NCBI GenBank assembly: GCA_034670305.1
Contig: JAXMNT010000047.1
Span: 1 to 57,272, forward strand
Direction of reading: 5' to 3'
DNA length: 57,272 bases
Source of the DNA: Deltaproteobacteria bacterium
GTDB taxonomy: Bacteria; Myxococcota_A; Polyangia; Polyangiales; Houyiibacteriaceae
Part shown: one piece after another, positions 1 through 16,956 of the stretch
How positions within the stretch are numbered: position 1 is the first letter of the stretch
Layout: each line of letters starts with the position of its first letter
Made by a program: the position numbers and the translations under genes
Notes under the pieces: generated by a model
Databases searched by the model: none
What the model was told of the DNA's origin: nothing
Seen by the model: only the letters and a program-made list of their open reading frames with translations

Positions 1-48
1 CAGGTCGTCGCGATGCTCGTCGCGCTGATCAAGCGATCTGACCGCTGA
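1..48 (+). CDS. 3' end of a truncated CDS (QVVAMLVALIKRSDR*), possibly a four-helix-bundle (23S rRNA IVP/bAvd-like) protein
   Basis: Open frame from base 1 to TGA 46-48. The peptide resembles the typical '..IVAMLxxLI..' C-terminus of four-helix-bundle proteins and is followed by hexamer repeats. Only 15 codons are visible. Confidence 0.3.
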   Translation, partial: QVVAMLVALIKRSDR

Positions 49-50
49 TC

Positions 51-132
51 CGCGGGCAAGGGCAAAGGCAAGGGCAGGGGCAAGGGGCAGGCTGCGAGAA
101 CGCCCTGCGGGCGTTCTTCAGCAACCCGCTAG
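51..132 (-). repeat. REP/MITE-like element copy 1: CTAG + hairpin + (TTGCCC)n + CCCGCG
   Basis: GGGCAA-type hexamers at 54-90 and hairpin agaacgccc-tgc-gggcgttct at 97-117. The reverse complement aligns with 57148-57211. Confidence 0.7.
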
Positions 133-1631
133 AGCATGTCCTCTTCCGGGCCTTCCCAGTCTGGTTCGACTGGGTTGCCGTCCGCGTCCGCGCCGAGCTG
201 CCCGTCCTCGCCGAGCTGCACGTCGTCCAAGGGTTTGACCGGGTTGCCGTCCGCGTCCGCCCAGGTCGCCGTCGCGGCGGGGCACGCCAGCTGGAACACC
301 GTTCGTTTGATGTCTGAGGAGACGCGGTACCCAGGCGCGCGCATCTCGTAGACATCGCCCTGTTGGAACACCACTTCGACGAGCTCGTCCGAACCCGGTG
401 CTCGGCGCTGCTGTTCCGGCACCTCTGGAGGGCATTCCGATCCCAGACCCCGCGCTTCGGTCCAAGCGAGCGCGGTGCGCAGCATGGCCAAGTCGGTGTC
501 GGCCGCGACGAGCCTCCCGAGGTATCGGGGGTAGGTCTGCAGAAGCTCTTCCTGCGCCCATCGGAGCGTCGCCGCGCGTGCACCCCGGTGGCCAAGCACC
601 AGCATGCGCGCTTCGGAGGGCGGACCATCCGACAACGGCTCTCGGTTCATCAGACCTTCCAGACACGTCTCCACACCGGCGTCCTGAGGACACCAGGACA
701 GGTCCAGGCCGGACGCAGTCATCGTCAGTAGATCGGACGCCTCCGGATCGGGCTCGATCAGATCTGCGAACGTGTTGCGCTCTGCCCGCCATATCCAGTG
801 CGCTCCGATCGGTTCGGAGAGAATCGTTGCGAGGATCTCGTCGATCGCCGCGTATTCGGTGCGCGACAGGCCCGGGTCTGCGATCAAGAGCGAGACCGTG
901 TGCGCGACGAGAATCCCTTCGGCGGCCACCGAGACCATGGCGAGGATCAGGTTCGCAGGACCGCGCCGCACATCCCGCGCGAGCGCGATGGCGTTCGCGA
1001 GCAAACGCAGCCCTTCGAACGGGCGGTCCTCGCGGTAGGCGCGCCGGGCCTCAAGGGCCACGGCCTTGAAAAACCAGATCACTGGGACGAGATCGACCAC
1101 GTCGTCCCAGCCCGAGGCAGTCGGTCGCAGCGGGGTGCACAGATCGGTGCTCGCGACCAGCCGCTCGATCGTCTCGGCCAGCCCACCACATGCCGCCTCG
1201 GCGGCATCTACACAGTCGGAGCGCGCGGGTGGCGGGTACAGCCGTAGGTAGTTCGGATTCGCCACCTCGGGTGGGAGGTTCGCGCCGTCCCCGCGCTCGA
1301 GTTGCCAGTCGTAGTTGTGGCCCGCTTCGTTCCAGACCGCCTCGAACGTCTCCGCGGCCAGCCGCCGGCACTCCGCCCAGCGTTCGCCGAACACCGCGGC
1401 ATCGAATCCGTCCTGATCGGTGGGCGCGCCGTCTCCCATCCCGCTTCGGTTGCAGGTCAGCTGCAACAGCTCCTGTCGCTCGAGGTCCAACGCCGCCCGT
1501 GCGTCGGCCACCTCTTCCAGGTCGAACACTGGACGCGACCGTTGCCACACATAGGTCGCCACCAGGCCAAGGAGGGCCACAACCGCCACGATCCAGCCCT
1601 TCCGGCGGGGCGCGTTCCCGGCATCCGTCAC
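129..1631 (-). CDS. Hypothetical membrane-anchored protein
   Basis: Long ORF (track 129..1898). Probable GTG start at 1631, just before RRK + TM helix GWIVAVVALLGLVATYVW. The acidic C-terminus has a duplicated ADADGNPV (DNA repeat at 172-191 and 241-260). Start uncertain. Confidence 0.65.
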   Translation of the reverse strand: MTDAGNAPRRKGWIVAVVALLGLVATYVWQRSRPVFDLEEVADARAALDLERQELLQLTCNRSGMGDGAPTDQDGFDAAVFGERWAECRRLAAETFEAVWNEAGHNYDWQLERGDGANLPPEVANPNYLRLYPPPARSDCVDAAEAACGGLAETIERLVASTDLCTPLRPTASGWDDVVDLVPVIWFFKAVALEARRAYREDRPFEGLRLLANAIALARDVRRGPANLILAMVSVAAEGILVAHTVSLLIADPGLSRTEYAAIDEILATILSEPIGAHWIWRAERNTFADLIEPDPEASDLLTMTASGLDLSWCPQDAGVETCLEGLMNREPLSDGPPSEARMLVLGHRGARAATLRWAQEELLQTYPRYLGRLVAADTDLAMLRTALAWTEARGLGSECPPEVPEQQRRAPGSDELVEVVFQQGDVYEMRAPGYRVSSDIKRTVFQLACPAATATWADADGNPVKPLDDVQLGEDGQLGADADGNPVEPDWEGPEEDML

Positions 1632-1805
1632 CGAACGAGGGTGCTCTGGGCGCCCCTCGAAACACAAGCTTGATTCCCGGACCCAGTGCTGCAACACCGC
1701 GTCATCCTGGCGTTTTCTCACGGCTCCAAAGACCCGTAAGTCCCTGATTTCACGAGGGATCATGCCCATGACGCAGAGGGCCCAAACAAAAAGCGTGCCG
1801 AACGG

Positions 1806-1834
1806 TTGCGCTTCTCGGAATCCGATCGCATAAG
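1806..1834 (+). promoter_or_regulatory. Putative sigma70 promoter for tRNA-Trp/secE operon
   Basis: TTGCGC-N17-CATAAG followed by a GC-rich discriminator-like AGGCGGCCC, upstream of the tRNA. Confidence 0.4.
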
Positions 1835-1901
1835 AGGCGGCCCATCCACCAAGCGCAGACGTGCGCCCGGTGTCGGGTTTCGCGCGCACACCCCCCAACG
1901 A

Positions 1902-1977
1902 AGGCCAGTAGCTCCAACGGTAGAGCAGCGGATTCCAAATCCGCGGGTTGTGGGTTCGAATCCCTCCTGGCCTGCCA
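1902..1977 (+). tRNA. trnW: tRNA-Trp (CCA)
   Basis: 76-nt cloverleaf: AGGCCAG/CTGGCCT acceptor stem, anticodon arm GCGGA-TTCCAAA-TCCGC, GGTTCGAATCC T-arm, encoded CCA end. Canonical position before secE. Confidence 0.97.
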
Positions 1978-2051
1978 ACCCCACTTCAGTCCTTCGAACC
2001 GCGGATTCTTTTCCGCGAATCACCAGCACCCGAGTCCAAGACGAGAATCAC

Positions 2052-2459
2052 ATGGCGATGGATCCCGAAAGTCGACCCACCGGTACGCTCGGCATCGAGC
2101 GGTGGGTGCAATTCGCCTTCGTCGGCGGCACGATGATCGCGTTCTGGTTCTTCGATCACCTGTTCCAGGACGTCGCGGAGTTCGTGGCCCTCAAGGCCAA
2201 CATGTCGACGATCAACCCGTCGCTCGTCACGGCCGGCACCGCGATCTTCTCGATCCTGCTCATGGCCGGGCTGTACCGGAACAAGCGCATGCATGCGTTC
2301 TCGAACGAAGTCGCGTACGAGCTGGCGAACGTCACCTACCCGACGCGCAAAGAGACCTGGGCGCAGACCATCGTGGTCTTCGTGGTCTCGATCATCGCCG
2401 CCATCATTCTCGGTGTCTTCGACGCCGCCTGGTCCACCGTCACGGACCTCATCTACTGA
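2052..2459 (+). CDS. secE: Preprotein translocase subunit SecE
   Basis: ELANVTYPTRKETWAQTIVVFVVS...LGVFD matches the SecE motif; lies between tRNA-Trp and nusG. Confidence 0.93.
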   Translation: MAMDPESRPTGTLGIERWVQFAFVGGTMIAFWFFDHLFQDVAEFVALKANMSTINPSLVTAGTAIFSILLMAGLYRNKRMHAFSNEVAYELANVTYPTRKETWAQTIVVFVVSIIAAIILGVFDAAWSTVTDLIY

Positions 2460-3028
2460 TGAATGACTCTGCCATGAACGACCAAGCTGCGACCGAAGCC
2501 CCCATGAACTGGTACATCATCCAGGCGTACTCGGGGTACGAGAACCGGGTGAAGATGACGCTCGAAGAGCGCATCCGCCAAGAGGGCATGGAGTCCCTCT
2601 TCGGTGAGATCCTGATCCCGAAAGAATCGGTTCAAGAGAACCGCAGCGGTAAGAAGCGCGTCGTCACGAAGAACTTCTACCCGGGCTACATCTTCGTGCA
2701 GATGCACCTGACCGACGAGTCGTGGCATCTCGTGAAGGCCACCCCGAAGGTCTCCGGATTCATCGGCGGCCGTCACCCCTCGCCCGTGCCGCGCCGCGAG
2801 ATCGAAGTGATCGCGCACCAGGTCGCGCAGGGCACCGCGAAGCCGAAACCCCGCGTCACCTTCGAGCCGGGCGACCACGTCCGCGTGACCGAAGGCGCCT
2901 TCGCGAACTACACCGGCACCATCGAAGAAGTGAACCCCGAGAAGCACAAGGTTCGCGTCCTCATCAGCATCTTCGGGCGCGCCACGCCCGTGGAGCTCGA
3001 GTACTCCCAGGTCGAAAAGACCGTCTGA
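2459..3028 (+). CDS. nusG: Transcription termination/antitermination factor NusG
   Basis: [28 protein letters not shown] domain [36 protein letters not shown] overlaps the secE stop (TGATG). Confidence 0.97.
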   Translation: MNDSAMNDQAATEAPMNWYIIQAYSGYENRVKMTLEERIRQEGMESLFGEILIPKESVQENRSGKKRVVTKNFYPGYIFVQMHLTDESWHLVKATPKVSGFIGGRHPSPVPRREIEVIAHQVAQGTAKPKPRVTFEPGDHVRVTEGAFANYTGTIEEVNPEKHKVRVLISIFGRATPVELEYSQVEKTV

Positions 3029-3083
3029 GTCTCGCGCTTCCCATTCCCCTTTCCTTCCACCGTACGACGAACGCAGTAGAGCC

Positions 3084-3509
3084 ATGAAAAAGGTCATCGG
3101 AACCATCAAGCTCCAGCTTCAAGCTGGCAAGGCCAACCCCTCACCGCCCGTCGGCCCCGCTTTGGGTCAGCACGGCGTGAACATCATGGGCTTCTGCAAG
3201 GAGTTCAACGCCAAGACGCAAAAGGACGCGGGGCTCATCATTCCCGTCGTCATCACCGTCTACGGCGACCGAACGTTCTCGTTCATCACCAAGACTCCGC
3301 CGGTGCCGATCTTGATCAAGAAGGCGCTCGGTCTCGAGAGTGGTTCGCCCACGCCCAACAAGGTGAAGGTCGGGCAGCTCACGATGGAGCAGGTCAAAGC
3401 GATCGCGGAGCAGAAGATTCAGGACACGAACGCGGGTTCGGTCGAAGCGTGCATGCGCAGCGTGATGGGCACCGCCCGTTCGATGGGCGTGACGATCGCG
3501 AAGCCCTAA
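3084..3509 (+). CDS. rplK: 50S ribosomal protein L11
   Basis: [37 protein letters not shown]. Confidence 0.99.
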   Translation: MKKVIGTIKLQLQAGKANPSPPVGPALGQHGVNIMGFCKEFNAKTQKDAGLIIPVVITVYGDRTFSFITKTPPVPILIKKALGLESGSPTPNKVKVGQLTMEQVKAIAEQKIQDTNAGSVEACMRSVMGTARSMGVTIAKP

Positions 3510-3679
3510 CGGGCACATAGACGTTCCGGGTCTTCGGACCCGGGGTTGATTGGGCGTTCCGGAATGGGCCGGGCGTCTCTCGCAACCACCCTTTCCCAGT
3601 CTCTGGGCAACCAGGATTCGGGCATCGCGGTGGGAGACAAGCCACGCCACTGGCGGCGGCAAGTCGATGAGGAGGATGA

Positions 3680-4381
3680 ATGAATACCGGTAAAAGGCGC
3701 GGACCTGCCCTCGAAAAGGTCCAACGCGGTCATCGGTACACCGTCGAAGAGGCGATCTCGCTCGTGAAAGAAGTTGCGTTCTGCAAGTTCGACGAGACGA
3801 TCGATCTCGCGGTGCGTTTGGGGGTCAACCCCAAGCACGCCGATCAGATGGTGCGAGGCGCACTGGTCTTGCCGCATGGCACAGGCTCGAACAAACGAGT
3901 CCTGGTCTTCGCCAAGGGCGAAAAGGTCATGGAAGCGCAGGCTGCAGGTGCAGACCACGTCGGTGGCGACGATTTCGTCGCCAAGATCACCGAGGGATGG
4001 CTCGAGTTCGACACCGTGATCGCCACCCCGGACATGATGGGGCAGGTCGGTCGACTCGGTAAGATTCTCGGACCGCGCGGGCTCATGCCCAACCCGAAGG
4101 TCGGCACCGTCACGTTCGACGTGACCAAGGCCGTGTCCGAAGCCAAAGCAGGCAAGATCGAGTTCCGCGTCGAGCGGGCTGGTGTCGTGCACGCACCGGT
4201 TGGCAAGTGCTCGTTCGAGCCGGCCAATCTCGCGGCCAACATCCGCGCGTTGCTCAACACGCTGACTCGTCTCAAGCCGGCCTCGGCCAAGGGCACCTAC
4301 ATGAAGAGCATCACCCTCTCGTCGACCATGGGTCCCGGTGTTCGCATCGACCCGAGCTCGATCGAAGTGGCGGAGGCCTGA
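3680..4381 (+). CDS. rplA: 50S ribosomal protein L1
   Basis: [57 protein letters not shown] upstream. Confidence 0.99.
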   Translation: MNTGKRRGPALEKVQRGHRYTVEEAISLVKEVAFCKFDETIDLAVRLGVNPKHADQMVRGALVLPHGTGSNKRVLVFAKGEKVMEAQAAGADHVGGDDFVAKITEGWLEFDTVIATPDMMGQVGRLGKILGPRGLMPNPKVGTVTFDVTKAVSEAKAGKIEFRVERAGVVHAPVGKCSFEPANLAANIRALLNTLTRLKPASAKGTYMKSITLSSTMGPGVRIDPSSIEVAEA

Positions 4382-4382
4382 C

Positions 4383-4952
4383 ATGCCGATGAGTCCTGCA
4401 GAGAAGAAGGCACACGCGGAGTCACTCCGCGAGAACTTCCAGCGCGCGATCTCGACCGTCTTCGTGGATTTCCGCGGCGTCAACGTCGAGATGATCACGG
4501 AGCTGCGGGTTCGTTTCCGCAAGGCCGGGATCGAATACAAGGTCGTGAAGAACAACCTCATCCGGAAAGCCCTCGAAGGTACCGATGTTCCCGCTGCAGA
4601 GCTGGACGGGCACCTCAAAGGCATGACGGGCGTGGCGTGGTCGTACGAGGATCCCTCGACGGCGGCGAAGGTTCTCCGCGACTTCCGCAAAGAGCACAAA
4701 GAAGTGCTCGCCAAGAAGGACGAGCCCGAAAGGCTCGTGCCCAAGTGTGCGGTGCTCGACGGCACCGTCATGGACGGCAAAGCGGTCGACACGACGCTTG
4801 CGTCGATGCCCGGCAAGGACGAAGTGCGCAGCATGCTGCTCGCTCAGCTCCTCGCTCCGGCTCAGTCGCTTGTTCGGCAGCTCGCTGCACCGGCCCAGAA
4901 CCTCGCGTACGTCTTCGACGCGATCAAACGCAAACAAGAAGAGGGCGCCTAG
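4383..4952 (+). CDS. rplJ: 50S ribosomal protein L10
   Basis: VDFRGVNVEMITELR, YKVVKNNLIRKAL, LASMPGKDEVRSMLL; follows rplA. Confidence 0.96.
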   Translation: MPMSPAEKKAHAESLRENFQRAISTVFVDFRGVNVEMITELRVRFRKAGIEYKVVKNNLIRKALEGTDVPAAELDGHLKGMTGVAWSYEDPSTAAKVLRDFRKEHKEVLAKKDEPERLVPKCAVLDGTVMDGKAVDTTLASMPGKDEVRSMLLAQLLAPAQSLVRQLAAPAQNLAYVFDAIKRKQEEGA

Positions 4953-5093
4953 AGCTCCGCTCGCGGCCGCGACTGCGGCTCGGCCCCCTCCGACAACCAA
5001 CATTCAACCCCAACAACCAACAACCTTTCCGCATCGACTCAACTTCACGCAAATGCGTGACCCGATGCGGCAGCAGTATCCGGAGAATCTCAA

Positions 5094-5474
5094 ATGGCGA
5101 ACATGAACGTAGATCAGATGGTCGAAGAGCTCAGCACCTGGACCGTCATGGACGTGTCGACCCTGGTGAAGGCCCTTGAAGAGAAGTGGGGCGTCAGCGC
5201 CGCACCGGTCGCCGTCGCAGGCGGCGCGGTCGGTGGTGCAGCACCCGCAGCCGAAGAAGAGCAGACGGAGTTCGACGTCGAGCTCACGGACGCCGGTGGT
5301 CAGAAGATCAAGGTCATCAAGGCGATCCGCGAGATCACCCAGCTCGGCCTGGCCGACGCCAAGAACGTCGTCGAGGGCGCGCCGAAGGTCATCAAGGAGT
5401 CCATCTCCAAGGAAGAGGCCGAAGAGATCAAGAAGAAGCTCGAAGAGGCCGGCGCGAAGGTCACGCTCAAGTGA
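5094..5474 (+). CDS. rplL: 50S ribosomal protein L7/L12
   Basis: [49 protein letters not shown]. Confidence 0.99.
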   Translation: MANMNVDQMVEELSTWTVMDVSTLVKALEEKWGVSAAPVAVAGGAVGGAAPAAEEEQTEFDVELTDAGGQKIKVIKAIREITQLGLADAKNVVEGAPKVIKESISKEEAEEIKKKLEEAGAKVTLK

Positions 5475-5509
5475 GCGGCCTGTCCGTTCTTCGGAACGGC
5501 TAGCGAATC

Positions 5510-5540
5510 GACCGGGGTGGGCATCGGCCCACCCTCGGTC
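5510..5540 (+). terminator. Stem-loop between rplL and rpoB (attenuator/terminator-like)
   Basis: GACCGGGGTGGGC-ATCG-GCCCACCCTCGGTC followed by a weak pyrimidine tail. Confidence 0.45.
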
Positions 5541-5752
5541 CTTCGCTGTTTAATCTCTGCGCCCATCGAGGGCGCGCAGTTTCCCTGCGAACCTCGGTCG
5601 CCTGTCCGCGTCACAGACACAGCAGCTTTCTTTTCTCTCCTTCGATTTCCATCTACATCGCGGCACGACAGCACAGCGCTGACTTGCCGAACACGCAGCG
5701 GCAGCCCACTGCGCGATCTAGACCCACCCTGGCAAACACGGACGGCGACGAC

Positions 5753-9883
<4,131 letters not shown>

Positions 9884-9888
9884 TGAGA

Positions 9889-9906
9889 GGCGGCCTTCGG
9901 GCCGCC
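9889..9906 (+). other. cUUCGg hairpin between rpoB and rpoC
   Basis: GGCGGCC-TTCG-GGCCGCC with no U-tract; probably an mRNA stability or processing hairpin. Confidence 0.5.
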
Positions 9907-9980
9907 CGCACTCCGTTCTCTCCTCTCCCTACCGTTCCCCCCAAAGTGTCTGAGCCCCTGGCTCTCAAGGTGAAAGCGCG

Positions 9981-14141
<4,161 letters not shown>

Positions 14142-14168
14142 ACAAAAGCGCTCCCGCGCTGCGATGTG

Positions 14169-14190
14169 AGCCCGCTTCGGCGGGCTTTCG
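14169..14190 (+). terminator. Intrinsic terminator after rpoC
   Basis: AGCCCGC-TTCG-GCGGGCT followed by TTCGTCGTT. Confidence 0.75.
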
Positions 14191-14269
14191 TCGTTAAGCG
14201 TTCGGTGTAGACCCTGCGTTGGTGGGATCGGTGGAGGAGAGGCATGGTGGTTGCGTGTCGAGGTGGACG

Positions 14270-14503
14270 ATGACTCAGTTGTGCCAACGCGTGTCTCCTG
14301 CGCTCCTGTCGATGGTGCTGCTCGGCCCCATCGGGTGTGCCCAGTCCCACGTCGTCGAGGGCAGGGCGGTGGATGGCGGCTTGGACGCCGCGGTGGCTCG
14401 GGATTCGGGGCCGGATGCGGTGGTCGACTTTCCTGATGCGCCCCTCTTTCCAGATTCGGGGCTCGCAACCGGGGCAACTTTCTGTGCCTGGAGCATCGCG
14501 TGA
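14270..14503 (+). CDS. Lipoprotein N-terminal part (signal + DAG-type linker); probably frameshifted 5' half of the next ORF
   Basis: AGGTGG SD; LLSMVLLGPIGC lipobox-like signal; DGGLDAAVARDSGPDA linker; then an early stop. Confidence 0.55.
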   Translation: MTQLCQRVSPALLSMVLLGPIGCAQSHVVEGRAVDGGLDAAVARDSGPDAVVDFPDAPLFPDSGLATGATFCAWSIA

Positions 14504-15174
14504 TCGAAGCGGCCGAGCCGTTCGTGCTGCCGATTCAGTTCGATGGGTGCCTGTGTCCGGGCGCGCGGAGCTGCACGGTCAGCGTCGGGCGAAGCGGTGT
14601 GATCTCGCTCGAGACCGAACTGTGCGACTTCGAGTTGTGCGGGGAGTGCGAGCCGAACCCCATGGTCGAATGCGAAGTCGGCGGTCTGCCCGCCGGGACC
14701 TGGCGGCTGGAGGTGAATGGGGCACCGGCGGGCACGGTCGAGATCGGCGGCGCGGAAGGTCCGTTCCGGGAGCCGTGGTGTCTCGACTTCGCGGAGCCGG
14801 ACACGTGTGGTGCCTCCGTTCCCGCGCCGGGCATGCCGGATGGTTTCGACAGAGTGTGCGTGGAGCGTAGTTTTGGCGGCGCAGTGCTTCGGCTCGAGGA
14901 CGACTGCGCGGAGTGTCCGGCGTACGATGGATCCTGCACCGTCCGGTTCGAACCCCGCACCGATCGCGACGCGCCCCCCGGATTCGAGATCCACCTCGAT
15001 GCGCGGATCTTCTCTGGTGCGTGCGATGGCCCCTGCGAGCCAGTCTGCGACTTCGCCGAGCGCATCTGTCCGCTTCCACCATTGATCGAGGGGCAGTTCT
15101 ACCGAGTCTACGTCGAGGGAGAGACCGATGCGCGGCTCCAATTCTTCGGCGAAGAACTCGGCACCTGCGGCTGA
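14500..15174 (+). CDS. Cys-rich two-repeat extracytoplasmic domain protein (probable 3' half of split gene)
   Basis: Two related halves (..GCLCPGARSCTV.. / ..DCAECPAYDGSCTV..), many Cys, no signal peptide of its own. Confidence 0.65.
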   Translation: MIEAAEPFVLPIQFDGCLCPGARSCTVSVGRSGVISLETELCDFELCGECEPNPMVECEVGGLPAGTWRLEVNGAPAGTVEIGGAEGPFREPWCLDFAEPDTCGASVPAPGMPDGFDRVCVERSFGGAVLRLEDDCAECPAYDGSCTVRFEPRTDRDAPPGFEIHLDARIFSGACDGPCEPVCDFAERICPLPPLIEGQFYRVYVEGETDARLQFFGEELGTCG

Positions 15175-15313
15175 TTCTTCCCGGAAATGTCGGGGGGTGT
15201 GGGCAGTGGCCGACTCCCCACGTGAGCAAGCTCTTTGTGGGTCGCGCATAGATCCCCGACACCGAACGTCCAGTTCACGCGGCCACTTGTTGGTGCCGCC
15301 ACAGGAGGTCTCG

Positions 15314-15943
15314 ATGAGTGAAGTACTGAAGCAGGGTTCGAAGGGCGACGACGTCAAAGCGCTGCAGGCGAAGTTGGCCAAACTTGGATTCGCGGTGGAA
15401 GCGGATGGGCATTTCGGTCCGAAGACCGACTCCGTGGTGAAAGAGCTTCAGACGCTCTTCGGGTACGACGTGGACGGCAAGGTCGGTTCCGGCACGACCG
15501 GACTCATCGACAAGCAGATCGGCAACGCGTGGAAGGCGACCGATCCCAAATCCATCAAGCGCGCACTCGAAGGTCAGGGCAAGAAGACGGCGAAGGGCAA
15601 CCTCGCGGGCGTCGACGCCAAGCGCACCCTCAAGTCGGGCGACGAGGGCCCAGACGTGTCGGCGCTTCAGCGGCGGCTCAACGCGCTCGGCTACGCGATC
15701 GCCGTCAGCGGCGCGTTCGATGCGGGCACCGAGAAGGCGGTCAAGGATCTCCAGGCGAAGTTCGGCTACGACGTGGACGGCATCGTGGGGCCCGGCACGC
15801 ACACGCTTGTGAACGCCCAGATCGGACACGACTGGGACGTGACGAAGACGGGCACGAAAGGACGAGACGAGAAGGTCACCACGAAGCTCACCAAGGATGC
15901 GGCCGCCAAGGTCGTGAGTGCCGTCGAGCACGCCAAGAAGTAG
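15314..15943 (+). CDS. Protein with two peptidoglycan-binding (PG_binding_1) domains
   Basis: LKQGSKGDDVKALQAKL..DGHFGPKT..LQ..DGKVG and LKSGDEGPDVSALQRRL..GAFDAGT..LQ..DGIVGPGT; AGGAGG SD. Confidence 0.85.
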   Translation: MSEVLKQGSKGDDVKALQAKLAKLGFAVEADGHFGPKTDSVVKELQTLFGYDVDGKVGSGTTGLIDKQIGNAWKATDPKSIKRALEGQGKKTAKGNLAGVDAKRTLKSGDEGPDVSALQRRLNALGYAIAVSGAFDAGTEKAVKDLQAKFGYDVDGIVGPGTHTLVNAQIGHDWDVTKTGTKGRDEKVTTKLTKDAAAKVVSAVEHAKK

Positions 15944-15962
15944 GCGTTCAAGACATGGGTCG

Positions 15963-15998
15963 AAGAGCCCTGGTCGACGCGCCGACCAGGGCTCTTTG
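15963..15998 (+). terminator. Intrinsic terminator
   Basis: AAGAGCCCTGGTCG-ACGCGC-CGACCAGGGCTCTT followed by TG. Confidence 0.75.
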
Positions 15999-16150
15999 TG
16001 TCCAAGTTGCGGTGGCGCAGCCCGGCCACGGAAGAGTGACTCCCTGGACACACTTTCTGTCACATATCCGGCCGGCTGGTCGGAATTCGGGCATTGGAGC
16101 TGAAATGATTCAGCAATTCACGCTGGCATCCAGCTTGCTCTAGGGGAGCC

Positions 16151-16855
16151 ATGCAACGCTCACTACTGATTGTCTCTCTCCTCGCGCTCGGCCAGGCCTG
16201 CACCCCGCACGTGTTCTCGCCGCCAGGACGCACCATCGCACTCGAAGCACCGGCCACCGTCGGAGACGGTGAGACCGCCATCCAGGTCTCGGGCGGCGCC
16301 AGTGGAGAAGTGTTCGGCGAAGCCGTCGTGCACGGCGGCGCGCGGGTTCGGCACGGACTCACGGACGAACTCGAGCTCACCGTCGACGGGACCGCGATCT
16401 ACTTCACCAACCGCGACTCGCCCTTCGAGACCAGCGCCCACCAGGGCATCTACGGGGCCCGCCTGGGTGTGAAGCGCGCATACACCCGCCACTTCGCTCT
16501 GACCGCGGGCATGGCCGGTGGCGGCTCTGCGGCCGGAGGGTTCCTCAGCCCGGACGTCGGATTCGTCCTCGGCTACGACAACCCCTACTTCGTCCCCTTC
16601 TTCGGTGGCCGGGTCTTCCTCAGCCAGCCTCTCAACACCCACGAGATCGTGATCGTCGACAACGGGATGGACACCTTTCACACCGCACAGACCAGCTACG
16701 GCTTCGCCATCGAGACGGGCGGCCGGGTGCCCTTCGGTCCGCGCGAAGACCGGGCGGGCGCCATCACCGGCGGCATGGGCTTGACCCTTTTGGGAGACGG
16801 CGACGAACGCCGCGGCTTCTTCGGATTCGCGCTCGGGTTGGAGCTCAACCTCTGA
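16151..16855 (+). CDS. Hypothetical lipoprotein, beta-strand rich (possible outer-membrane barrel)
   Basis: Signal ..LLALGQAC; alternating hydrophobic strands ending FFGFALGLELNL; GGAG SD. Confidence 0.65.
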   Translation: MQRSLLIVSLLALGQACTPHVFSPPGRTIALEAPATVGDGETAIQVSGGASGEVFGEAVVHGGARVRHGLTDELELTVDGTAIYFTNRDSPFETSAHQGIYGARLGVKRAYTRHFALTAGMAGGGSAAGGFLSPDVGFVLGYDNPYFVPFFGGRVFLSQPLNTHEIVIVDNGMDTFHTAQTSYGFAIETGGRVPFGPREDRAGAITGGMGLTLLGDGDERRGFFGFALGLELNL

Positions 16856-16956
16856 GCACACGGGCTCCGCTCGCGCCTGGCGCGGTCCGCTCGGTGCCGC
16901 GCAACAAGCCCCTGGTTTGCGGTCGCAGGTTTGGAGTATCGTTCCGGCGAGTTCCA

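Noticed and set aside
1902-1977. tRNA-Trp as integration site of an island or prophage
   Set aside because: No integrase, no duplicated tRNA 3' end seen, and secE follows directly.
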